DNA of 41,479 bases, from NCBI GenBank assembly GCA_041619515.1, contig JBFKDW010000019.1, positions 1 through 41,479 of the forward strand, written 5' to 3'. Shown here piece after piece: positions 18,108-26,500 of this stretch. Below the pieces are notes generated by a model that was not told where the DNA came from, did no database searches, and saw only the letters and a program-made list of their open reading frames with translations. Each line of letters starts with the position of its first letter. Position 1 is the stretch's first letter. A program made the position numbers and the translations under genes. The DNA comes from Acidimicrobiia bacterium (GTDB lineage: Bacteria; Actinomycetota; Acidimicrobiia; Spongiisociales; SHLN01).

Positions 18108-18198
18108 GTCGTGACCTCCAGACCGCCGCCCCCGATCCGCAGCTCCTTATCCACGAGGGCTCCGGCCGGGTGCCGGCGCAGGCGGGCGGGGGGCCGTG

Positions 18199-19392
18199 TC
18201 ATCGGTCGACATCTCCCAGGACGAAGTCGAGGCTGCCGAGCAGGGCAATGATGTCGGGCACGATGAGACCTTTGAGAGCCCAGGGCAGGATCGACAGGTT
18301 CGAGAAGGAGGCGGTGCGGATCTTGAGACGGTACGGAATGCGCCCGCCCTCGGATACGAGGTAGAACCCCATCTCGCCTTTCGGATTCTCGGCCCGGACG
18401 TAGGTCTCGCCCTTCGGAACCTTGATCACGCGGGGCACCTTGGCCTGGAGTGGGCCCGAAGGCATGTCGTCGATTGCCTGGTTGACGATGCGCGCCGCCT
18501 GCCGGACTTCCTCGACCCTCACCATGTAGCGGTCGAAGCAGTCACCGTTGTCGCCGACCGGAATGTCGAAGTCGTACTTGCGGTAGGGCAGATAGTCCTC
18601 GTGCTTGCGCAAGTCGAACGGAACGCCGGAGGCACGCAGGTTGGGCCCCGACACGCCATAGGCGAGGGCCTTGTCGGCCGGGAGCACCGCCACCCCTCTG
18701 GTGCGGGCCTGGAAGATCTCGTTTCCCGAGACCAGGGTGTCCATGTCGTCGCACACTGCCAGCACGTTCTCCATTGCGGCCCGGGTCCCGGCCAGGAAGT
18801 CCTTGGGCAGGTCCTGCGAAACCTTCTTCTGAGTGGTTCCTCCCCCGGCGGCCGGCTTGACCCCCCCGATGCGGTTGAAATTGGGGTGGAAACGCCCACC
18901 CGTCACCCCTTCGATGAGCTCGAGCACGTGTTCGCGCTCCCGGAGCGCGTGCATGAGGGGCGTGGCCGCACCCAGCTCGAGTGGATATGAGGACATGAAC
19001 ACCAGGTGGCTGGCTATGCGGGCGAGCTCGGTGAGGATGAGCCGGATGGATTGGGCTCGGTCGGGGACCTCTATCTCCATCAGCCGCTCCACTGCCACCA
19101 TCAGGGGGATCTCGTTGGCAAATCCCGACACCCAGTCGATCCGGTTGACGAGGGCGGTGATCTGCGGGTAGGTGCGCACCTCCGACAGCTTCTCGTAGCC
19201 GCGGTGCATGTACCCGATGACGGGCTCCACGTGGATGATGCGCTCGCCGTCCAGCTCTGCCACCAGCCGGAGAACCCCGTGCGTCGACGGGTGCTGCGGC
19301 CCGATGTTGAGCGTCATACCCGGCGTTTGCAGCTCGACGGAAACTGCTACCTCCGAGACGTGGGCGGCGGCGCGTGGATCGAGAGTCGTCAT
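18199..19392 (-). CDS. nuoD: Complex I-like subunit D (operon 2)
   Basis: NIGPQHPSTHGVLRL, GYMHRGYEK, ENPKGEMG and the C-terminal GDVDR. No NiFe CxxC motifs. Confidence 0.95.
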   Translation of the reverse strand: MTTLDPRAAAHVSEVAVSVELQTPGMTLNIGPQHPSTHGVLRLVAELDGERIIHVEPVIGYMHRGYEKLSEVRTYPQITALVNRIDWVSGFANEIPLMVAVERLMEIEVPDRAQSIRLILTELARIASHLVFMSSYPLELGAATPLMHALREREHVLELIEGVTGGRFHPNFNRIGGVKPAAGGGTTQKKVSQDLPKDFLAGTRAAMENVLAVCDDMDTLVSGNEIFQARTRGVAVLPADKALAYGVSGPNLRASGVPFDLRKHEDYLPYRKYDFDIPVGDNGDCFDRYMVRVEEVRQAARIVNQAIDDMPSGPLQAKVPRVIKVPKGETYVRAENPKGEMGFYLVSEGGRIPYRLKIRTASFSNLSILPWALKGLIVPDIIALLGSLDFVLGDVDR

Positions 19393-20117
19393 CCGGTGCC
19401 GCTTTCCGACCCGTCGTCTCCCGGTGACTCGTCCCCGGGCGGAGCCTCGGCTTCGGTGTTTTCCTCCGACGGCATGCCTTCGACGTCGACCATTCCCGGC
19501 CAGGGTTTGACCTCTCGCGCCAGCAGCGGGTAGCTCTTCCGGAGCGGGTGCCCCTCGAACTCGTCGGTGAGGTAGAGGTTCGTCAGGTTGGGATGGCCCT
19601 CGAAGTCGATGCCGAACATCTCGGCGGCCTCTCGCTCATGCCAGTCCGCCCCGCCGAACACTCCGATCAACGTGGGAAGCCGGGCATCGTCTTTCGGGAC
19701 GTCGGTCGACAGGGTGACCGCATCGTTGGTGCGAGCGCTCGAGAGCCGCACCAGCACCTCGTATCGCTCTTCGACCGGTTCCTCCAAGGGCTCTCCGACG
19801 GCGACGTCGTTGCTCCAATCCACCGCCGACAGAAACGAGAAGAAGTCGAGCCCGGCTCCGTCGCGCACCGCCCGCACCGCCTCGACCCATCCGTCGCGAT
19901 CGACCAGCACCTTGGCGTTGCCGTAATCCGCCGACCACGCATCGCTGCCGACCAGCCCCGCCACCCGCGCTGCCAGGGCGGCGACCACCTCATTGGAGGC
20001 AGGCTCTTCTGTCGAGTCGGCGCCCGTCGGCTCGGCTTCGGGCGCGGTGTCCTCGGGCGCGCCGCCCTCGGGCGCGGTGTCCTCAGGCGGGGTGTCCTCA
20101 GGCGGGCTGGTGGTCAC
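19389..20117 (-). CDS. nuoC: Complex I-like subunit C (operon 2) with acidic low-complexity termini
   Basis: [20 protein letters not shown]...[10 protein letters not shown]. Confidence 0.93.
   Translation of the reverse strand: MTTSPPEDTPPEDTAPEGGAPEDTAPEAEPTGADSTEEPASNEVVAALAARVAGLVGSDAWSADYGNAKVLVDRDGWVEAVRAVRDGAGLDFFSFLSAVDWSNDVAVGEPLEEPVEERYEVLVRLSSARTNDAVTLSTDVPKDDARLPTLIGVFGGADWHEREAAEMFGIDFEGHPNLTNLYLTDEFEGHPLRKSYPLLAREVKPWPGMVDVEGMPSEENTEAEAPPGDESPGDDGSESGTG
20041..20106. repeat. In-frame 15-bp tandem repeat (~4.4 copies) encoding [10 protein letters not shown] at the NuoC2 N-terminus
   Basis: GGCGCGGTGTCCTCG / GGCGCGCCGCCCTCG / GGCGCGGTGTCCTCA / GGCGGGGTGTCCTCA. Confidence 0.85.
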
Positions 20118-20595
20118 GCTGGTTCCACTTCTCGCGAACGTCCTCGTTGGTGATCTTCTCCTGAAGGAGGACGATGCCCTCCATCAGTGCCTCAGGCCGG
20201 GGTGGGCAGCCGGGGACGTATACGTCCACCGGAATGATCTGATCGACGCCCTTGGTCACCGAGTACGAGTCCCAGTACGGGCCCCCGCAGTTGGAGCACG
20301 AGCCCATCGAAATCACGTACTTCGGGTTGGGCATTTGATCGTAGAGTCGGCGGATGGCGGGAGACATCTTGTCCGTCACCGTCCCGGCGACGACCATGAG
20401 GTCTGCCTGCCGGGGAGACGCCGGCAGCGGGATGATGCCGAATCGCATGAAGTCGTAGCGGGGACCGGAGGCGGCCATCATCTCGATGGCACAGCAGGCG
20501 AGGCCGAACTGAAAGAACCACAGCGAGTACTTCCGCGACCAGTTGAGCAGCCAGGAAATGGGCTTTGGTGCACCAAACCGCTCGATTACTCCCAC
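20098..20595 (-). CDS. nuoB: Complex I-like subunit B (operon 2)
   Basis: [25 protein letters not shown] and PGCPPRPE. The GTG start overlaps the nuoA stop. Confidence 0.95.
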   Translation of the reverse strand: MGVIERFGAPKPISWLLNWSRKYSLWFFQFGLACCAIEMMAASGPRYDFMRFGIIPLPASPRQADLMVVAGTVTDKMSPAIRRLYDQMPNPKYVISMGSCSNCGGPYWDSYSVTKGVDQIIPVDVYVPGCPPRPEALMEGIVLLQEKITNEDVREKWNQRDHQPA

Positions 20596-20951
20596 TTGAG
20601 GACTCCCTTGCGCACCGTGTAGAGCAAGCCCATGAGCAGAATGCCGATGAAGATGAACATCTCCCAAAGGCCGAACGCGCCGAGCGATTCGATCTCGAGG
20701 GCCCAGGGAAAGATGAAGACGGCCTCCACGTCGAAGATGAGGAACAGGAGGGCGAAGACGTAGTAGCGAATATGCGTCTGGCTGTATCCCCCGCCGATTG
20801 GGTCGATGCCGGATTCGTAGGATTCCAGCTTGGCCGGTGTGGGGTTGCTCGGCCGTATCAGCGCGGCGACACCCAGTAATAGTCCGACCAGAACGGCTCC
20901 GAAAGCGCCGAAGGCGAGGACGGTCAGGTATTGGTCAAAGTACTCCGACAA
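20586..20951 (-). CDS. nuoA: Complex I-like subunit A (operon 2)
   Basis: YESGIDP...[22 protein letters not shown]...KGVLKWE. RBS GAGGAG lies 5 nt before TTG 20951. Confidence 0.93.
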   Translation of the reverse strand: MSEYFDQYLTVLAFGAFGAVLVGLLLGVAALIRPSNPTPAKLESYESGIDPIGGGYSQTHIRYYVFALLFLIFDVEAVFIFPWALEIESLGAFGLWEMFIFIGILLMGLLYTVRKGVLKWE

Positions 20952-20983
20952 CAACGCTCCTCGGCCTGCCGGGCGGGCGGACT

Positions 20984-20997
20984 GCGTGGAGTATAGG
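20984..20997 (-). promoter_or_regulatory. Putative sigma-A -10 (TATACT) plus CCACGC discriminator for nuo operon 2
   Basis: Minus strand reads CCTATACTCCACGC, about 35 nt upstream of nuoA2. Confidence 0.55.
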
Positions 20998-21149
20998 CAC
21001 CGGGGTTCGGCCGGAAAAGCCCACCCGGATTGGCCCGGCACCCCGGTTTTCCGTCCGGTCACCCTGCGTCGCGAATCGAGTTTCCACGCTGGGCAATCGC
21101 CGGAAGCGCAGCCCCGACCCCCGGAACGCCACCATCTAGCCTCTTGGAG

Positions 21150-22550
21150 ATGAACGATGAGCACTACGCCGGCATCTTCCGGTCGGTGGTCGGGGGGCGG
21201 AAGTGGATCGTGGCAACCGACGTGGCCGCTGGAGCCACGGGCATGGTTGCCTGGCTGCGGGAGCACGGCGCACCTGACCCGTTCGTCGTGGCCGGTTCGC
21301 GCGGCACCGGCGAGCTGCCGGACGTGCGGGATGAGAACGTCGTGATGCTCGACACCACCGGCGCTTCGATCATGGAGGCGATCCGCAGCTTCCACGAGGC
21401 CGCCCATGCTCCCCTGCCTCCGGCCGCCCAGCGCCGCCTGGACGAGTGGGACCCCGGCGAGGACGCCAAAGTGTTTGCCAGCTTTCTGGATGACGACCGC
21501 CCCATCGGCGGCCGTGCCCAGTTCGGTGCCAGGCCCCCGGCCTGGCTGGCATTGGAAGACAAGACGATGGTCGACGCCCTCTGGGACGAGCTCGGAATCC
21601 AACGCGCCGCCATGGGCATCTTCGACCTGGACGCACGCAGCCTGGGGCGAGCGCTCGCCGATCTCGACGAGGGCGCCGGCGTCGTCGTCACCGGCGACAA
21701 TCGGCTCGGGTGGCACGGCGGAGCCGACCTCATCCGGGTCGTCAAAGTCCCGGCCGACATCGAGCCCGCCCTGGAGTACCTGGGGCCGCGCTCGCACCGG
21801 GCCCGCGTCATGCCGTACCTCGAGGGAATCCCGTGCTCGATCCACGGCGTCGTGTTTGCCGACCATGTGGTAACGGTTCGACCGGTCGAGATGGTGGTCC
21901 TGTACGAGCCTGCCCACCGGCGGTTCCGGTACGGGTCGGCGGCGAGCACCTGGGAGCCGCCACCGGCCGACACCGCCTACATGCGCGAGGTGGCCGTGCG
22001 GGTCGGCACCCACCTGCGGGCAGAACACGGCTACCGGGGTGCGTTCACCATCGACGGGGTGATGAGCCGCACCGGATTCCTGCCCACCGAGCTGAACCCG
22101 AGGGCGGGTGCCGGGCTGCGCGCCGTCGCCACCGAGTCGCCGAACCCGTTCGCGCTCCATACCGTGCTCGTCGCCGGCGTCGAGGCAGATTGGTGGCCGC
22201 GTGAGCTCGAAGAGCACTGGCGCACCAACTCCCGAGAGCCGCGAGGAGGACGCGGACTGACCACCGTCCGGCGGCGCTTCACGCAAACAGACGAACTCCC
22301 GGTCCGCTTCTCGGACGGGGCCTGGTGCGTGGTGGAGGACGGCGACCAGGCGAACGGGACCTTGACCAGGGGCCCGGCGGGTAGCGGCGGCGTCATCTTC
22401 ATCGAATTCGATCCCGGCGTGGTCGAACAGGGCCGGTCGGCAGCCCCGGTGGTCGCGGCCGGGTTCGCCCTTGCGGACGGCCTGTGGGGAACCAACATCG
22501 GGCCGTTGGAGCCCGCCACCGATGTTCGGGCGGAGGGCGCCGATCACTAG
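21150..22550 (+). CDS. Uncharacterised ATP-grasp-fold protein
   Basis: LEDK, VMPYLEGIPCSIHG and GYRGAFTIDG...FLPTELNPR (ATP-grasp ExNPR motif). Confidence 0.7.
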   Translation: MNDEHYAGIFRSVVGGRKWIVATDVAAGATGMVAWLREHGAPDPFVVAGSRGTGELPDVRDENVVMLDTTGASIMEAIRSFHEAAHAPLPPAAQRRLDEWDPGEDAKVFASFLDDDRPIGGRAQFGARPPAWLALEDKTMVDALWDELGIQRAAMGIFDLDARSLGRALADLDEGAGVVVTGDNRLGWHGGADLIRVVKVPADIEPALEYLGPRSHRARVMPYLEGIPCSIHGVVFADHVVTVRPVEMVVLYEPAHRRFRYGSAASTWEPPPADTAYMREVAVRVGTHLRAEHGYRGAFTIDGVMSRTGFLPTELNPRAGAGLRAVATESPNPFALHTVLVAGVEADWWPRELEEHWRTNSREPRGGRGLTTVRRRFTQTDELPVRFSDGAWCVVEDGDQANGTLTRGPAGSGGVIFIEFDPGVVEQGRSAAPVVAAGFALADGLWGTNIGPLEPATDVRAEGADH

Positions 22551-22560
22551 CTTGAGCGCC

Positions 22561-23649
22561 ATGCCCAGGCCACCGGACTACTCGGGCGGCAGCCTCGTCA
22601 ACCTGATGGCCGAGCTCGAAGCCCGGCTCGGCGGGGATCCGCCCCTTCCACCCCTGCACGCTCCGCTGGCGGCTGCGCTCCCGGAGGCAGCCACCTATGT
22701 GCTGGTCCTGTTCGACGGGCTCGGGGCAGCCCAGCTCGATCACCCATCAGCCTCGCTTCGGCCGGATCTCCTGGCGACCATCGATGCACCATTCCCGACG
22801 ACAACGACCGTGAGCCTGGCGAGCGTCGCCACCGGCTTGCCCCCCTCCCAGCACGGCTTGCTCGGCTACCAGCTCTGGATCCCGGAGACGGGTCATGTGG
22901 TCAACACCATCAAGTGGACCACGCTATGGGGAGAACCCATCGACATCGACACCACCGGGTTCCTGCCGGGGCCGAACCTGTGGGAACGCCTGGCCGGGGT
23001 CGGCCGGGAGCCGATCACCGTCCAGCCGGGACACTTCGCCGGGTCCCCGCTATCGCAGGCTCTGTACCGGGGGTGCCGATACGAACCGGTGTTCACGGTC
23101 GACGAGGTGGTTGCCGCCACGTGCGAGCTCGCTGCCGACCCCGGGCGCCTCATCTTCACCTATGTTCCGCACGTCGACTTTGCCGCCCACGTGTACGGGC
23201 AGGATTCCGAGGAGTACGCCGAATCGTTACGGGTTGCGTCGAACATCTGGAGTGGCATCGGCCGGCGCCTGCCCCACGGCGCGGTGATGGTGGGAACCGC
23301 CGACCACGGTCACGTCGACTTCACCGAAGCACAACGGGTGCGGATACCGAAGGAGACGGAAGCCGGCACCACGTTCTACGGGGACAGCAGGGTGATGTTC
23401 GTGCGAGGGGACGAATCACCGTCGTTCGCCTCGCTGCCTGCCAGCTGGATCGCCGCCGAGGACATGGCCGACTGGTGGGGCCCGGAGCCCCGTCATGATT
23501 CGTTCGGCGACCGGGGGCCGGACGGGGTGCTGCTGGCCGACGACGATGCGGTGCTGCTGCACAGCCGCAGCGATCGGCGGCTGATCGGCCAGCATGGCGG
23601 GCTCACCGCGGCCGAGCGGGAAGTCCCTCTGCTGGTGTCGGGCGGCTAG
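22561..23649 (+). CDS. Alkaline phosphatase superfamily / nucleotide pyrophosphatase-phosphodiesterase
   Basis: LFDGLG, FPTTT (catalytic Thr), DFAAH, TADHGH and GQHGGLT. Confidence 0.88.
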   Translation: MPRPPDYSGGSLVNLMAELEARLGGDPPLPPLHAPLAAALPEAATYVLVLFDGLGAAQLDHPSASLRPDLLATIDAPFPTTTTVSLASVATGLPPSQHGLLGYQLWIPETGHVVNTIKWTTLWGEPIDIDTTGFLPGPNLWERLAGVGREPITVQPGHFAGSPLSQALYRGCRYEPVFTVDEVVAATCELAADPGRLIFTYVPHVDFAAHVYGQDSEEYAESLRVASNIWSGIGRRLPHGAVMVGTADHGHVDFTEAQRVRIPKETEAGTTFYGDSRVMFVRGDESPSFASLPASWIAAEDMADWWGPEPRHDSFGDRGPDGVLLADDDAVLLHSRSDRRLIGQHGGLTAAEREVPLLVSGG

Positions 23650-23722
23650 GAAGGACAGCCTCCGGCGCCCGCCGATCGGTCTGAGCGGGACCTGCTGTTG
23701 GACGGGTGCCGCGGGTGAGGGG

Positions 23723-24991
23723 TCATCGGCCGTCCGGGTCGCCTCCGGCCGCAGGCGGCGGCATGTCCAGACCGAGCAGCTCCAGCCTTGGACCTGCCTC
23801 GGTCAGGGCACCAGGTTGGGCGGGACGCGGTCCGGCGACGAGCGGCTCGCTCGCTCTCCAACCGTCCCACAGGCTGAGAGCCCAGGCGCCCATTCCCCAG
23901 ATGGTTACCAGGAGGTAGACGGCGAAGCCGGCGAGAGGAATGATGCGCAGGACGCGCCAACCGAGCGCCGCGATCGCGAACGCGCCGATCAGCCCGTATC
24001 GGTTGCGGGTGGCACGGCGGCCGAGGGCGGTGAGTGCCGGGACGGCGCCGGCAAACAGGCCCAGCACCCACAAGGCGAGCGCAAACAGCGCCACCGGAGC
24101 GAGTATCACCGTGAAGAGCGAGATGACCGCCGCCACGGGAACGAGGATGAAAAGGGCGAGCCCGAGCAGCAACGAGGTGGTGGGTCGGTTCCAGGCGCGG
24201 TCGATAGCCCGCCCCGTCGGCCGCGGGAACAGGTGGATGAGGAGGATCCCCGTGAACAGCAGCCCCACGAACCTGAGCAGCTGGAACAACAGGCGCAGCG
24301 CCCGTACCGCCAGGTCGGTTGGGATGGGCCGCACTTCGGCCACGAGCCCGAGGTCGGCATCGGGCGAGATGTCGGTGCGAGCGGTCCACCCCCGGATGTT
24401 CTGCCCGATCAAACCCTGGCGCCAGGTGACTGCCGACCCCACCGAGGACGCTTCCGTGATGGTGAGCCGATGGATGCCAACGTCGATGTCCTCGGCCACC
24501 GACCCGTCGACGTAGAGGCCCCACAACAGCTCGCCCCGGATCTCGCCGCCCACCGACCCGGAGTTCCGAGCAGAGAGGCCGGCCACGAGCATGTCCCGGC
24601 CGACCCGGCCGTCTACCTCAACGCTGCGGGCAAACGAGAGAACGTCGTCGCCGACCGAGCCGCCCACATCCAGCTCCCACGCCACGGCCCGCAGGCTTCC
24701 GGCCACCTCCCCCTGCATGTCGACGCTCCAGGCAATCCCGTTGACGTCGCCCTCGACGACGCCGTTGATGATCAGGTTGCGGGTGAAGACGGTGAGGTCG
24801 CCCTTGATGCGGCCGTCGACGATCACTCTGCCGCCGGCCGCAAACAGGTCCTCCTCGATGACCCGCCCGGACTGCACGATCACCGTTCCCGACACCGACA
24901 TCGCCGCCACCGGCCCCGACAACGCCAGCCCCACGACGAAGGCTGCACTCAGCAGCGGGGCGAAGACAAAGGCCCTCACGGGAGCAACCAC
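23723..24991 (-). CDS. Secreted/membrane protein with a polymer-forming (bactofilin-like) beta-helix domain and C-terminal TM helices
   Basis: Signal-like N-terminus, repeated V/IxGxVxGDV/L turns, then about five hydrophobic helices. Start uncertain. Confidence 0.75.
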   Translation of the reverse strand: MVAPVRAFVFAPLLSAAFVVGLALSGPVAAMSVSGTVIVQSGRVIEEDLFAAGGRVIVDGRIKGDLTVFTRNLIINGVVEGDVNGIAWSVDMQGEVAGSLRAVAWELDVGGSVGDDVLSFARSVEVDGRVGRDMLVAGLSARNSGSVGGEIRGELLWGLYVDGSVAEDIDVGIHRLTITEASSVGSAVTWRQGLIGQNIRGWTARTDISPDADLGLVAEVRPIPTDLAVRALRLLFQLLRFVGLLFTGILLIHLFPRPTGRAIDRAWNRPTTSLLLGLALFILVPVAAVISLFTVILAPVALFALALWVLGLFAGAVPALTALGRRATRNRYGLIGAFAIAALGWRVLRIIPLAGFAVYLLVTIWGMGAWALSLWDGWRASEPLVAGPRPAQPGALTEAGPRLELLGLDMPPPAAGGDPDGR

Positions 24992-25045
24992 CGCCTGTGC
25001 CTCGGTCGCGGGTGAGGCGGAGACGCCGGGGCCGGATGGCCCGCC

Positions 25046-26500
25046 CTAGAGGGGCAGGGCGCTGGTGACGACATCGAGGAGCGGCCCGGGAGCGATTCCG
25101 AACGCCAGGGTGACGACTGCTACGCCGGTGAGTGCCAGTCGCATCGGGTCGCCTACCCGGATGCTGCCGGTCGCAACTGCCGTCCCCTCAGCGGCCGGAG
25201 TCATGTACATGAGCACGATCACGCGCAGATAGAAGAAGAGGCCGGCCACCGACGCCACCGCCCCGAGGATCACCAGCCACAGATAGCCGGCCTCAACGGC
25301 CTCGCGGAACACATACAGCTTGGAGAGGAAGCCGGCGGTGAGCGGGATCCCCGCCATGGAAAGCATGAGCAACGCCAGCGAACCGGCCAGAACCGGGGCT
25401 CGCTGCGCCAGGCCGGCATAGTCCGTGAGAGCCGACTTGGTGCCGGACGGGCCCGAGACCACCGCCACCACCGCAAACGCCCCGAGCACCTGAAACGCGT
25501 AGGTGACGACGTAGAACCAGATGTAGGGAACCCCGTCGATCCCCGCCACGAGACCGGTGAGGATGAACCCGGCGTGTGCGATCGAGGAGTAGGCGAGCAT
25601 GCGTTTGATGTCGGACTGGGCGATCGCCAGCATCGTGCCCACGATCACAGAGATGGCGGCGATGACACCCACCGCCGGTGCCCAATCGCTGATGTAGGGC
25701 CCGTAGCTGGTGACGGTGATGCGGGCGAGGGCGGCGAAGCCGGCAACTTTGGCACCGGCGGTCATGAATCCGCTCACCCCGCTGGCAGCGCCCTGGTACA
25801 CGTCGGGAGCCCACATGTGAAATGGGGCGGCACTCACCTTGAAGGCGAGCCCCACGATGAGCAGCCCCACCCCGGCGAGCAATGCCGCCGAGTCGAGCAG
25901 CAGGTTCTCCGACAGGAAGTCGGCGGCACCGTAGAGCGACAGCGACCCGGTGGCGGCGTAGCTGAGCGCAACCCCGTACAGGAACACGGCCGAGGCGAAT
26001 GATCCCAGCAGGAAATACTTGATCGAGGCCTCGTTGGCTTCGGCGCTGTCTCGGCTGAAGCCGGCAAGCACGTACAGGCTGATCGAAGCTACCTCCAGGG
26101 CCAGGAACAGCATGATGAAGTGAGCCGACGCCGCCATCAGGATCATGCCGGTAACGGACAGCAGGATGAGGGCGATGAACTCGGCGGCCCGCCGGCCCTG
26201 TTGGAGCACGAGCGGCCATGCGACAAGCAGTGCCACGCCTCCCAACACTGCCAGCACGACAGCTCCGAAGGCGGCGAAGGGATCGAGCACCAGCATGCCC
26301 CGGAAGTAGATGGCCGGGTCATCCGAAGCCCGCACCCACTGGGAGACACTCAGGACGAAGCCGGCTGCCAGGCTCACCCCGGCGATCCCTCCCAACCAGA
26401 TGACGGGAGGCTTGTAGGTGACCTCGACGAGCAGCACGGCCACCACCCCGAGCGTGAGAGCGATGACGGGAGCAATTGCGAGATAGGAGATCTCGGTCAC
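25046..26500 (-). CDS. nuoN: NADH-quinone oxidoreductase subunit N (operon 1)
   Basis: EASIKYF, FKVSAAPFHMWAPDVYQG and KRMLAYSSIAHAG. GTG start at 26500. Confidence 0.95.
   Translation of the reverse strand: MTEISYLAIAPVIALTLGVVAVLLVEVTYKPPVIWLGGIAGVSLAAGFVLSVSQWVRASDDPAIYFRGMLVLDPFAAFGAVVLAVLGGVALLVAWPLVLQQGRRAAEFIALILLSVTGMILMAASAHFIMLFLALEVASISLYVLAGFSRDSAEANEASIKYFLLGSFASAVFLYGVALSYAATGSLSLYGAADFLSENLLLDSAALLAGVGLLIVGLAFKVSAAPFHMWAPDVYQGAASGVSGFMTAGAKVAGFAALARITVTSYGPYISDWAPAVGVIAAISVIVGTMLAIAQSDIKRMLAYSSIAHAGFILTGLVAGIDGVPYIWFYVVTYAFQVLGAFAVVAVVSGPSGTKSALTDYAGLAQRAPVLAGSLALLMLSMAGIPLTAGFLSKLYVFREAVEAGYLWLVILGAVASVAGLFFYLRVIVLMYMTPAAEGTAVATGSIRVGDPMRLALTGVAVVTLAFGIAPGPLLDVVTSALPL

Noticed and set aside
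18199..20595. Operon 2 as a group 4 [NiFe] hydrogenase or Mrp antiporter
   Set aside because: NuoD2 has no CxxC Ni-binding motifs and ends in GDVDR. NuoB2 has the complex I tandem CC. Gene order is nuo-like with single L, M and N.
20586..22562. 658-aa ORF suggesting a large N-terminal fusion on NuoA2
   Set aside because: The upstream part is antisense to the ATP-grasp gene. An RBS and TTG at 20951 give a normal-length NuoA.
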